Notes under the pieces: model-generated
Seen by the model: the letters and a program-made list of their open reading frames with translations, nothing else
Databases searched by the model: none
Told to the model about the DNA's origin: nothing
DNA from: Candidatus Binatia bacterium
Lineage (GTDB): Bacteria > Desulfobacterota > Binatia > UBA9968 > JAJDTQ01
DNA length: 64,000 nt
NCBI GenBank assembly: GCA_963666515.2
Contig: OY762897.2
Span: forward strand, 512,001 to 576,000
Direction of reading: 5' to 3'
Position numbers and translations under genes: made by a program
Shown: in pieces, positions 55,051 to 64,000 of the stretch
Layout of the letters: each line of letters opens with the position of its first letter
Numbering within the stretch: the first letter of the stretch is position 1

Positions 55051-57977
55051 GCGATCTGCCTTTTCACGAGGTCCCGGAATACCCCTTCGACCTCCATGAG
55101 TTCCTCGAAGGAGCCGCTCTGCACGACTTTTCCGGCCTGCAACACGTAGATGCGGTCGGCCTGTTCCAGCGTGGACAGGCGGTGGGCGATCACGATCCGG
55201 GTCGAGGTCAGGAGGCCCAGGTTCTGCATGACCTCGGCTTGGCTCTCGTTGTCGAGCCAGTTGGTGGCCTCGTCGAGCAGCATGATCCGCGGGCTGCCGA
55301 GCAGTGCCCGGGCGATGGTGACGCGCTGGCTCTCGCCGCCAGACAGGACACCTCCGATGGCTCCGACCATGGTCATCATGCCCATGGGCATGGCCTTGAC
55401 TTCGCTTTCGATTCCGGCGGCCCGGGCCGCTTGCCATACTTCCTCGACGCCCGGTCCCTCGTGGTGCGTGACGATATTGTCCCAGAGATCCTGGGGATGG
55501 AGTCGCACCGACTGGGGAACCGCGCCGATTTTCCGTCGCACCTGCTTCAGGTTCAGGTGCCGCAGATCGCGTCCGTCGTAGTACACCGCGCCCGCGGTCG
55601 GCCGGTCGATTCCGAGCGCCAGCCGGAACAGGGTGCTCTTGCCGGCGCCGGACTCGCCGGCAATTGCGACGAATTCGCCGGGACGGGCGCGAATCGTGAC
55701 ATCGTCGAGAATCAACGGCCCGTCGGGATCGTAGCGGAAGGAAATGCGGTCGAACAGGACTTCACCGCCCAGGCGTTCGACCGGCTCTCCTTCGACTTCG
55801 GATTCGGGAACCGCGGCGAGCAGCGGGCGCATCTGATCGAACGCGGGCAGCATGGCGGCGATGGCGCCGAAGGATTCGCCGAGCCGGGCGATGGCGGACT
55901 GGAAAGCGATGAAGACGATGTACACGACGAGAAAATCGCCGACCGGGACGTTCCGGTCGCCCACCGTGACCACCGCGAGAAGCAGTATTCCGCCGGCGAG
56001 GAAGGGAAGCGCGGCGCCGAATGCCCGCGAGTGTCCCTCTAGCGCGCCCAGTTCGAGCTCCGCGCGTTTCTGCTCGCGATAATCCCGCGCCCACATGGCG
56101 AAAGCCGACCCTTCCGCGTTTTCCACACGCAGCTTGGCGATACCGCCCATGATCTGGAAGAGCCGCCCGGCAACGCGGCGTACCGCGCTGATCATCCGCC
56201 CGTAAGGTGAGATCTGGCACAACCCGAGGGTTACGACGACCAGCAGTGAAGCCGCGCTGAAGACGAGGGTAATGACCCCGAGGGTGGCGTCGTAGAAGAA
56301 GATGACGCCAAAGACCGGGAGCAGGAAGATGATCGACAGCAGGCTGTCGGCGACGACTCCCTGCAAGCCGTCGCGAAGGTTCTGGAACGTCATTCCCGAC
56401 ATGGCCAGATCGCCCGCCGGATGGCGGTGCAGAATGGTTGGCGGGAGGCGCATGAGGCGGTCCCAGAAGGCGGCTTCGAGCCGCGATGCCGAGCGCCCCT
56501 CCAGCCGCATCATCGCCGAGCTTTGAAAAAGGTGCAGCAGGGCGCCGAGCAGGCCGAAGCCGGCAAGAGTCACGGCCGCGGCATAGAGCGCGCCGGCGCT
56601 CCCGCCTGCCACGATGTGATTCGCAACGAATCCAAGCGCCAGTGCCGGCAGCAGCTTGATCAGGCCGCCCGGGAGCCCGGCAATCACCAGCCGTGCCAAG
56701 TCCGCGGCTGATCCATGCAGGGCGATTCCCAGCAGGTCCGCGGGTTTCACGTCCCCCGGCGGCAACGGCGGATAGAAAACCCAGGCTTCGTTCTCGAGCG
56801 CCCCGGCGCGGTCCGCCGTAAGCCGGACACTGTGCTTGCTGACGGGGTCTATTTCCCGGTAGCGCCCGAACCTTCCCGGCAGCAACGCAACGGGCCGGCC
56901 GTCCTCGCTGCGGAACGCCAGCATCGCGTTGCTGTCGCCGCGCCACCAGTCGCCCTCGTCCTTGAATCGCACGCGCCGGGCGCGAACGCCTGACGCATCC
57001 AGCACGTCAACGAGGCCGACGGGAGAATCGGAAGATCCCGAGCGTGCCGGAATCCTGAAGTCGATTCCTTGATGGCGCCCGATGATTTCCAGGGCGTCCG
57101 CCAGAGCCGTGTCCTCGACACCGGCATCCCGGTCCACCGGCAGGTCGTAGATGTTGAAAAGCCGCTGTCGGGCCGCTCTTTCGGCCGTGCGGCGGCTGGC
57201 TGTCCGCTCGCGTTCGAGATTCGCATCATCGACCACGGCCAGCCGGCGGTTGAGGCGTTCCAGGGCGAAGGCAACCGTGTAGAACGAGGCGAGCGCCGGC
57301 CGCAGCAGGCCTTGCTGCGCCAGTGCTTCGGTGGATTGGCCCGAAAGGGTCGCCTCGTCGAACAGGTCGAGCCAGCCTGTCCGCGTCAGCGGTATCAAGG
57401 GTTCGTGCGCGCCGCTCGCCTGGGCAAGTTCCGCGGGGTCGATCATGTCCATGAACAGGCTCGCCCCGCGCGGCGGGGATACCCATACGACGCCGCGCCG
57501 CACGGACAGCGTGCAGGGGGTCAGGGTTTGCGTCCGACCGGGTTCGGCCAGCGCGGTCGCGCGCGGGAGGCGGCTTACAAGACGCGAAAGCGTGTCGGTA
57601 GTGGCGATCAGCGCGGCATCGGTCTGTTCCGCCAGTTCCGCTGGATGGACCTCGGCCAGCAACGATGCCGGAAGGCGTTTCAGAAGGGTGCCCGGCAGTC
57701 CTTTGGCGACCACCTTGAGCGTGGTGTGCTTGTCATGGCCGTCCTGTTCGTCCGGCGCGACACCCGGCAGCAGCCCTCCCTGTTCGAAGCGCAGCAGATG
57801 CTGGGGCGCCGCCTGCTGCACCCCGTCCTTGAATTCGACCAGGAACATATCGACGGTACCCTGATCAACGAACCAGACGCTATCCGCGTCGTCGAGGTCT
57901 ACCGGCAGGTTGCCGGCGCAGGGCACGGATGTGCCGGAGCGAGCGGCGAGTTGGCCTATGGATGTGTATTCCGGCAT
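55047..57977 (-). CDS. NHLP bacteriocin export ABC transporter permease/ATPase
   Basis: N-terminal cNMP-like domain, GESGAGKST, LSGGESQR, LLDEATNWLD, IAHRLST. Confidence 0.9.
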   Translation of the reverse strand: MPEYTSIGQLAARSGTSVPCAGNLPVDLDDADSVWFVDQGTVDMFLVEFKDGVQQAAPQHLLRFEQGGLLPGVAPDEQDGHDKHTTLKVVAKGLPGTLLKRLPASLLAEVHPAELAEQTDAALIATTDTLSRLVSRLPRATALAEPGRTQTLTPCTLSVRRGVVWVSPPRGASLFMDMIDPAELAQASGAHEPLIPLTRTGWLDLFDEATLSGQSTEALAQQGLLRPALASFYTVAFALERLNRRLAVVDDANLERERTASRRTAERAARQRLFNIYDLPVDRDAGVEDTALADALEIIGRHQGIDFRIPARSGSSDSPVGLVDVLDASGVRARRVRFKDEGDWWRGDSNAMLAFRSEDGRPVALLPGRFGRYREIDPVSKHSVRLTADRAGALENEAWVFYPPLPPGDVKPADLLGIALHGSAADLARLVIAGLPGGLIKLLPALALGFVANHIVAGGSAGALYAAAVTLAGFGLLGALLHLFQSSAMMRLEGRSASRLEAAFWDRLMRLPPTILHRHPAGDLAMSGMTFQNLRDGLQGVVADSLLSIIFLLPVFGVIFFYDATLGVITLVFSAASLLVVVTLGLCQISPYGRMISAVRRVAGRLFQIMGGIAKLRVENAEGSAFAMWARDYREQKRAELELGALEGHSRAFGAALPFLAGGILLLAVVTVGDRNVPVGDFLVVYIVFIAFQSAIARLGESFGAIAAMLPAFDQMRPLLAAVPESEVEGEPVERLGGEVLFDRISFRYDPDGPLILDDVTIRARPGEFVAIAGESGAGKSTLFRLALGIDRPTAGAVYYDGRDLRHLNLKQVRRKIGAVPQSVRLHPQDLWDNIVTHHEGPGVEEVWQAARAAGIESEVKAMPMGMMTMVGAIGGVLSGGESQRVTIARALLGSPRIMLLDEATNWLDNESQAEVMQNLGLLTSTRIVIAHRLSTLEQADRIYVLQAGKVVQSGSFEELMEVEGVFRDLVKRQIA

Positions 57978-57988
57978 TGCGTCCTGTA

Positions 57989-60199
57989 TCAGCCTGACTT
58001 GACGAGCTTGAAATACGCGCCGTCCTCGTCCGCCATCAACTCGTCGTGGGTGCCGCGCTGCACTTCGACGCCCTTGTCGAGCACGATGATCTGGTCGCAG
58101 TCCCTCACGGTGCTCAGCCGGTGCGCCACGATCAGGCAGGTGACGCCGCGGCGCCGCAGGGCGTCATCGACGTATTCCTCCGTCGCGGCATCCAGAGAGC
58201 TGGTCGCCTCATCCAGGACGAGCACCGTCGGATGGCCCACCAGCGCACGGGCGATTTCCAGCCTTTGCCGCTGGCCGCCGCTGAAGTTGACGCCGCCTTC
58301 CTCGACGAGGGTCGCGTATCCGTGCGGCCTCAGGAGGATTTCCTCATGGATGGAGGCATCCCGCGTTGCGGCGATGATGACTTCATTCGGAACGGCCGGG
58401 TTCCACAAGGTGATGTTGTCGCGCACGGACGCGGAAAAGAGCATCGCCTCCTGATCCACCATGGAAACGGACCGCCGCAGCACTTCCTCGGGAATCTCGT
58501 CCCGCGGGTGGCCGTCGAACAGAATTTCGCCCGACCAGGGCTGGCAGATACCCGAAACCAGACGCGCCAGTGTCGACTTCCCGGAGCCGCTGGGACCGAC
58601 CACGGCAACCCGCTCCCCCGCCCTGATCACGAGGTTGAAGTCCTTGATCAGGGGCGGCCGGCTCTTGTTGTAACCGAAGGTGACGTCGCGCAGCTCGAGC
58701 CGGCCTGCAAGCTGAAGCCGGCCGTTGAACGTGGGGATGGACTCGGATTCGGGACTTCGGCGGCTGAAAGCGGAGTCCTCGGCGGTCTCGGAGACGTCTT
58801 CCAGTCGTTGCAAATCGGTTTCGAGCGCGTGGCGTTTGTCGGCGAACTCCAGAAAGCGTCCGACAGGCGCCAGGAACATCTCCGCCAGGATGTAGAACCC
58901 GACCAGCGTCCCCAGGGTCATGGCTCCGGTCATGACCAGACTTCCCCCGATGCCCACGACCGCGGCGCCGCGAAGCGCGGCGACCAGGCCCGGAAGCGCG
59001 GTATTGACGGAGGCCAGCTCGGAATAGAGCTGCCGCGCGCGCAGTTCGCGCGCCTGCTGACCGCTCCAGCGCGAAAAGAACTTGTCATCCGACCCCGTCA
59101 TGCGCAGGTTGTCCGCATGACTCAACATCTGCATGCCGGAGCTGATCAGCAATCCCTGCTCGCGCCTCATCGCGTGGCTTCGGACGTCCCGGAGCGCGTT
59201 GAGGAAGTGGGCCAGCATTCCGTGCAGGAGGGCCAGCAACAGCACGATTACCGTGAGCAGGACGTCGCAGGCCAACATGGCGACGAGCAGCACCGCGCTC
59301 ATCGCCATGTCGATGAGGAGCACAAGAAACTGCTCCGTCAGGTTCTTCGCGATCCTGTCGATGGATGAGACTCGGTCCGTCAGGTCGCCGACCAGCCGGT
59401 GTTCGAAGAACTCCACCGGCAAACGCAGCAGCCGCGACAGGCCCCGGTTGGAGCCGACCACCGAAATCCGCACTGCGAGCCGCTTGAGGAATCGGTGCTT
59501 GAGCAGGGACAGCACGTAGACCAGGACGCCGCCGCCAAGCAGGGCCGCCACCAATCCGCTCCAGGGCCCGTGGTTTTCCAGGACGTCGTCCACGAAAACA
59601 CCGAGGGACGCGGGAACGAGAAGCGCCAGCAACGTCAACATGAGCCCGCAGGCAAACACCCCGGCAAGCACGTTCCATGACCCGGCGAGCAAGGTGCGCA
59701 ATCGGCTGAACAAGCCGGGCCGCTCGCCGCCCGGCCTGAAGTCGGCGCCGCGCTTGAATTGCAGCGCAATGCCGCTGTAGCTCTTGGTGAACTCTTCCGC
59801 GGAAAGCGTGCGCCGCCCCGTGGCCGGGTCATTGAGATGGAAATTGCCGGCGTCGAACCCTTCGAGGACGACGAAATGGCTGAATTGCCAGAACAGGATC
59901 AGAGGCAGCGGCAGCTTTTTCAGTGATTCGGCGCGTACGCTGAGCCCTCGGCATTCGAGACCGTAGTGTCTGGAGGCGCGCGAGAGGCTCGCTGCGCTGC
60001 TGCCGTCCCGGCTCACCTCGCATCTTTCGCGCAGTTCGGTAAGCGGCACCCAGCGCCCGAAGTAGGCCAGGATGCTGCCGAGGCAGGCGGCGCCGCATTC
60101 CGTCGCGTGCATCTGCAACAGAAGCGGCGTGGTGACCCGTCGTTTCGACGGCTCCGACGCGGTCCTGTCGCTTGCCCCTGTAGAGGCGGCCGGCGGCAT
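57989..60199 (-). CDS. NHLP export ABC transporter with C39 peptidase domain
   Basis: QMHATECGAACL, HFVVLEG, NDPA; GPSGSGKST, FSGGQRQR, LDEATS. Confidence 0.93.
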   Translation of the reverse strand: MPPAASTGASDRTASEPSKRRVTTPLLLQMHATECGAACLGSILAYFGRWVPLTELRERCEVSRDGSSAASLSRASRHYGLECRGLSVRAESLKKLPLPLILFWQFSHFVVLEGFDAGNFHLNDPATGRRTLSAEEFTKSYSGIALQFKRGADFRPGGERPGLFSRLRTLLAGSWNVLAGVFACGLMLTLLALLVPASLGVFVDDVLENHGPWSGLVAALLGGGVLVYVLSLLKHRFLKRLAVRISVVGSNRGLSRLLRLPVEFFEHRLVGDLTDRVSSIDRIAKNLTEQFLVLLIDMAMSAVLLVAMLACDVLLTVIVLLLALLHGMLAHFLNALRDVRSHAMRREQGLLISSGMQMLSHADNLRMTGSDDKFFSRWSGQQARELRARQLYSELASVNTALPGLVAALRGAAVVGIGGSLVMTGAMTLGTLVGFYILAEMFLAPVGRFLEFADKRHALETDLQRLEDVSETAEDSAFSRRSPESESIPTFNGRLQLAGRLELRDVTFGYNKSRPPLIKDFNLVIRAGERVAVVGPSGSGKSTLARLVSGICQPWSGEILFDGHPRDEIPEEVLRRSVSMVDQEAMLFSASVRDNITLWNPAVPNEVIIAATRDASIHEEILLRPHGYATLVEEGGVNFSGGQRQRLEIARALVGHPTVLVLDEATSSLDAATEEYVDDALRRRGVTCLIVAHRLSTVRDCDQIIVLDKGVEVQRGTHDELMADEDGAYFKLVKSG

Positions 60200-60200
60200 C

Positions 60201-60752
60201 CTATGATCGCCTCATTCCGAAAAGCGCGGCCGGGGACTGCCTGCCGAGTTCGATGACGATCCGGCATTGCCGATCCGCGAGGGCACCAAAATCGATGCCT
60301 TTGTCGAGCGCGATATCAAGGCGGTACACGGACACCGGCGCCGCGGACTTCAACGCCGCCAACCCCTCGGACAGGGGTAACGCGGAAACGGTCGTGACCT
60401 CTCCGTCGAGCGTGTCTGCCTTGCCGGCCGCCCTGCCCAACTCTATCGCCGCCGGCATCCCGGCCTTGATGTGCGGTGCGAGGTCGTTTTCGATCCAGAC
60501 GAGCGCCTGGACGGACCGGTTGCCCTCGGGCAGGCTTTCGCCAGGCTTTACCAGTGCGCCCTCCACCGCAATGCTGCGAGGCACGTTGCCGAAGAAGAGC
60601 CATGCCGCGAGGATGAGCAACAACAGTCCGATGACGGCCACGAGCAGACGCTCCCGCGGCGTGGAGACCGTCAGCAGCCGGTCGAGTTGTTCGCGTTCTT
60701 CCTTTCCTTCGGCAACAGTATTGTGAAATGAGTCAAATGGATTGTTGAACAC
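60201..60752 (-). CDS. NHLP system secretion protein (short HlyD-like adaptor)
   Basis: EQLDRLL.V.TPR, single TM, G.L, C-terminal SPAALF; heads the exporter operon. Confidence 0.7.
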   Translation of the reverse strand: MFNNPFDSFHNTVAEGKEEREQLDRLLTVSTPRERLLVAVIGLLLLILAAWLFFGNVPRSIAVEGALVKPGESLPEGNRSVQALVWIENDLAPHIKAGMPAAIELGRAAGKADTLDGEVTTVSALPLSEGLAALKSAAPVSVYRLDIALDKGIDFGALADRQCRIVIELGRQSPAALFGMRRS

Positions 60753-60931
60753 GACCGTCTGCACCCTCCTCACAGAGATACAGCAACGGGAAGGAAAATC
60801 TCATGCGGCGTGAGTGGAAGTCTGGGGGATATCTGGAGGATAATATGCAATCTCGACCCGGCAAGGTCAAGTCCTTTAACCTTGCAGGGGAATCGAGGTA
60901 CAATGCGGTATCTCCATCACGGGACCTGCGC

Positions 60932-61804
60932 ATGACCCCTCACAATCAAACCGGCAGGAGACGCTTCCTCGGCCAGGGCCGGACGAAGGGTTTCCCACGC
61001 CTCCAGGGTGCTTCGTTCGGTGTCTGGCTCCTGGCGCTGGCGGGCTTCTGCCTGCCACATGTGCAGGCCCTTGCTCAGGAAGAAACGCCGGAGGAAAAGG
61101 GTCTCAGGATTGCGCGTGAAGCAAGCGCCCGCGACGACGGCTTCGGGGATTTCACCGCCGGAATGACGATGGTGCTGCGCGACCGGCACGGTCGGGAAAG
61201 CGTCCGGCGGATGCGCTTCAAGGTGCTGGAGGTGCCGGGGGACGGCGACAAGAGCCTGTTCGTGTTCGATCAGCCGCGGGACGTGCGGGGAACCGCCCTC
61301 CTGACTCACGCTCACGTCAATACTCAGGACGACCAGTGGCTGTACCTCCCGGCCCTGAAAAGGGTGAAGCGCATCAACGCCGCGAAGCGTTCAGGGTCGT
61401 TCATGGGAAGCGAGTTTTCCTATGAAGACATGAGCGCCCAGGAGGTGGAGGAATACACCTACAAGTATCTTCGCGACGAGCCCTGCGGCGAACTCACTTG
61501 CACGGTGACCGAGCAGGTCCCCCTGGACAGGAAGTCCGGATACAGCCGCAAGGTCATCTGGCAGGATACAGGTGAGCTTCGGACCTGGAAAATGGAGCTT
61601 TACGACCGGAGGGGCTCGCACCTGAAGACCCTCACTTTCGTGAACTATCAGCAATATCTGGACCGGTACTGGCGGGCAGGAGAACAGACGATGGTGAATC
61701 ACCTGACCGGTGCGAGCACGGTGCTCAAGTGGACCGATTTCCGGTTTCGCGCCAATCTTGAAGAGAGCGAATTCAACCACTTGTCACTTCGACGCATCCG
61801 CTGA
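60932..61804 (+). CDS. Outer membrane lipoprotein-sorting (LolA-like) protein
   Basis: P.DVRGTALL, DDQWLYLPALKRVKRI, SFMGSEFSYED, YDRRG..LK. Confidence 0.88.
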   Translation: MTPHNQTGRRRFLGQGRTKGFPRLQGASFGVWLLALAGFCLPHVQALAQEETPEEKGLRIAREASARDDGFGDFTAGMTMVLRDRHGRESVRRMRFKVLEVPGDGDKSLFVFDQPRDVRGTALLTHAHVNTQDDQWLYLPALKRVKRINAAKRSGSFMGSEFSYEDMSAQEVEEYTYKYLRDEPCGELTCTVTEQVPLDRKSGYSRKVIWQDTGELRTWKMELYDRRGSHLKTLTFVNYQQYLDRYWRAGEQTMVNHLTGASTVLKWTDFRFRANLEESEFNHLSLRRIR

Positions 61805-63033
61805 TGCGATTCTGCGGCGCAATTGCGGCCCTCGTGCTCCTGGTTGCCGCGGGCGCCGGGGCGCAGCCTCTCGAGTTTTCGGGCGACCTGAGCCTGCAGG
61901 GGCGGTGGTATCCGGAATCGCCGGCCTTCGCGGGTCAGCGTTCAGGCACCGCTGGTCTGGTGGCGAAGCCGGCGCTTTACGGGGAGGTCGCAAGAAACGC
62001 CAGCTTCACCCTCACCGGGCTCTATCGATACGACAGCGCCGATTCGCAGCGCACCCATGCGGACCTGCGCGAGGCCTACCTGTTGGTGCACGGAGACTGG
62101 GATGGGAATTCCTGGGAGCTAAGGCTGGGACTCGATCAGGTTTTCTGGGGCGTGGCCGAAGCGCACAACCTCGTGGATATCGTCAACTCGGTGGACCTCG
62201 TCGAGCACCCGCGCAATCGACCCAAGCTGGGTCAGCCCATGGTGCGCCTGACGGTCTCGGGCGACTGGGGCCTCGCCGAGTCATTCCTGCTGCCGTATCA
62301 TCGCAAGCTCACATTTCCGGGGCGTTCCGGGCGCCACCGATCGGGCCATCCGATCGACGAGGACGCCTTGTACGAGAGTGACGCCGAAGAACGCCACGTG
62401 GATTTTGCATTTCGCTACGGCAACGCCGTGGGCTCGCTGGATTTCGGCCTGAGCACCTTTGTAGGAACAAGCCGTGAACCCTCGTTTCTTGCCGGCCGTC
62501 CATCCGGGCCGTTGCCGGTGACTGGCGCGCCGTTGATCCCGTACTACGGGCAGATTCGGCAGTTCGGCGTCGACGCGCAACTCACCACCGAGCCCTGGCT
62601 TTACAAGATGGAAGCCATTCGTCGTAGCGGAGCACGCAATCTCCTGGGTGAGGAGGAGGATTACAGCGCCGTCATCTTCGGCCTGGAGCGCACCCTCTAC
62701 GCGCTGTTCGGTTCCCGAGCGGACTTGACCTTTTTCGCCGAGTGGCTCTACGACGGTCGCGGACGCCGCGCGACAAGCGTCTGGGCGAACGACTTTTTCA
62801 TCGCGGGCCTGCTTGCGTTCAACGACGTTCAGGGCACCGAGCTGATGGCCAGCATCCTGGGCGACCTCCGCCATGATTCTCGTTCGTTGAACCTGGAACT
62901 GAAACGCCGCCTGTCGGATAGCTGGACGATGCGCCTGGAAGCGATCGCCAACCTGGGGGTGGACAGGCGGGACTTGACTTACGATGGAAGGCGCGACAGC
63001 TTTTTGGGCCTGGACTTCACGTTCAGCTTCTGA
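61804..63033 (+). CDS. Outer membrane beta-barrel protein (DUF1302-like)
   Basis: Signal peptide, DLREAY, G..QVFWGVAE..NLVDIVN, KLGQPM, C-terminal FTFSF. Confidence 0.75.
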   Translation: MRFCGAIAALVLLVAAGAGAQPLEFSGDLSLQGRWYPESPAFAGQRSGTAGLVAKPALYGEVARNASFTLTGLYRYDSADSQRTHADLREAYLLVHGDWDGNSWELRLGLDQVFWGVAEAHNLVDIVNSVDLVEHPRNRPKLGQPMVRLTVSGDWGLAESFLLPYHRKLTFPGRSGRHRSGHPIDEDALYESDAEERHVDFAFRYGNAVGSLDFGLSTFVGTSREPSFLAGRPSGPLPVTGAPLIPYYGQIRQFGVDAQLTTEPWLYKMEAIRRSGARNLLGEEEDYSAVIFGLERTLYALFGSRADLTFFAEWLYDGRGRRATSVWANDFFIAGLLAFNDVQGTELMASILGDLRHDSRSLNLELKRRLSDSWTMRLEAIANLGVDRRDLTYDGRRDSFLGLDFTFSF

Positions 63034-63055
63034 TGGCGTCCGTGGCGGGTGCTTG

Positions 63056-63089
63056 ACCCGTGGTGATTGGATACCCGTGGTGATTGGAT
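63056..63089 (+). repeat. 17-bp perfect tandem duplication upstream of the halogenase
   Basis: acccgtggtgattggat x2. Confidence 0.85.
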
Positions 63090-63102
63090 TCAGGTCGGGG
63101 TG

Positions 63103-64000
63103 ATGCAGCCGGGCGGTAAATCCTTACGGAAGATCGCGGTTGTGGGGCGAGGAACCGCTGGGTCCCTGGCGGCCGCCAGCGTAACCCGTCTTCACCCCGA
63201 CGGCGACCACGAGCTGCACCACATCTATGACTCGCGCATCCCGGTCATCGGAGTGGGTGAAGGCAGTTGGCCGAGCCTGGTCCAGCAACTGCAGCAACTG
63301 ACCAATCTGCCCCATGAAACCGTCCAGCAGCGCTTGAACGGTACTCGCAAGTACGGTGTTGCATTCGAGGGATGGGGCCGGCGGAATCGGGACTTTACCC
63401 ACTACTTCACGCCGCAACAGGTGTCCTATGCCTATCACCTTTCCGCCGACTTGATGGCGGAGTTGCTGGAAGAAGGCACAAGCGCGCGCCACATCGACGC
63501 GAAAGTGCTCGATATCACCAGGGTGGAGGGCGGCGCGCAGGTGGATTTCGAGGACCGGGCGCCGGAACGTTACGACTTGGTTTTCGATGCCCGCGGGTTC
63601 CCCAAAGAACTCCATCCCGACCGGCACATCGACATTTCCTTCATCCCCACCAATACCGCCGTCATCCGCCGCTGCCCGGCGACCATCAAGGAAGAGGGGG
63701 ATGGCCCGGTTCTGCAACCTACCTATACCCGTGCGGTTGCGCGTCCGCACGGCTGGGTATTCGTCATTCCGCTAACGGTGCACACATCCTACGGGTACAT
63801 CTTCAACCGCGACGTCACCAGCCTTGCCGAAGTCGAATCGGATTTCGACGCGTTCCTCGAAACCGACGGCGTATCTGAATTCGAGCAACGCGCGGTCATT
63901 CCGTTTCCCAACTTCGTCCACCGTCAGATTTACGATGGCGCGGTGGCCCGCATCGGCAACGCCGCGGCCTTCATGGAGCCCCTGGAAGCGACGGCGATCG
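63103..64000 (+). CDS. srpI: Flavin-dependent tryptophan halogenase (peptidyl brominase-like), 3' truncated by window edge
   Basis: Translated by hand: KIAVVGRGTAG, IGVGEGSWP, GTRKYGVAFEGW (catalytic Lys), GWVFVIPL, IGNAAAFMEPLEATAI; absent from the ORF track because no stop falls inside the window. Confidence 0.9.
   Translation, partial: MQPGGKSLRKIAVVGRGTAGSLAAASVTRLHPDGDHELHHIYDSRIPVIGVGEGSWPSLVQQLQQLTNLPHETVQQRLNGTRKYGVAFEGWGRRNRDFTHYFTPQQVSYAYHLSADLMAELLEEGTSARHIDAKVLDITRVEGGAQVDFEDRAPERYDLVFDARGFPKELHPDRHIDISFIPTNTAVIRRCPATIKEEGDGPVLQPTYTRAVARPHGWVFVIPLTVHTSYGYIFNRDVTSLAEVESDFDAFLETDGVSEFEQRAVIPFPNFVHRQIYDGAVARIGNAAAFMEPLEATAI

Noticed and set aside
52762-55437. 891-aa MMPL ORF with N-terminal extension
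   Set aside because: The extension overlaps the ABC gene out of frame; the real start is most likely TTG at 55050
218-63878. Many long overlapping ORFs in alternative frames (e.g. 18731-22069, 46313-49138, 15788-18256, 28809-31367)
   Set aside because: Shadow ORFs of high-GC coding sequence; Arg/Pro/Gly-rich or antisense to genes with clear family motifs
1-64000. tRNA, rRNA, integrase or transposase genes
   Set aside because: None recognisable by eye; a tRNAscan/Infernal run would be needed to exclude small RNAs

Overview
A GC-rich, gene-dense bacterial chromosome segment. The first ~42 kb are catabolic and housekeeping genes: TRAP and NitT/TauT ABC transporters, three amidohydrolase-2 enzymes, a cyclase, creatininase, CoA-transferase III, LLM oxidoreductase, MFS transporters, htpX, a xanthine-dehydrogenase large subunit, CCA enzyme, an M16 peptidase pair and chdC/hemQ. 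These are interrupted by small toxin-antitoxin/defence insertions: a GSU2403-type NTase, a Fic-HigBA-ParD-ABC ATPase/TOPRIM islet, and an Xre-RES pair. From ~42.3 kb to the right edge lies a proteusin (NHLP) RiPP cluster. It has a precursor with core LCCCW, a fused YcaO cyclodehydratase, a C39-peptidase ABC export trio and a flavin-dependent Trp halogenase that runs off the window and is missing from the ORF track. This matches the srp-type clusters known from marine sponge microbiomes, which suggests (inference) a sponge symbiont. The most unusual parts are the accessory genes: an NHLP leader fused to a terpene-cyclase/prenyltransferase-like barrel, an AlkB di-iron enzyme fused to a degenerate GlnE-like domain, an autotransporter with tandem Cache-like domains, and an MMPL/LolA-like/outer-membrane-barrel export set. 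Together these hint at a lipidated, brominated, thiazoline-containing peptide. All assignments are from motif recognition only; no searches were run.
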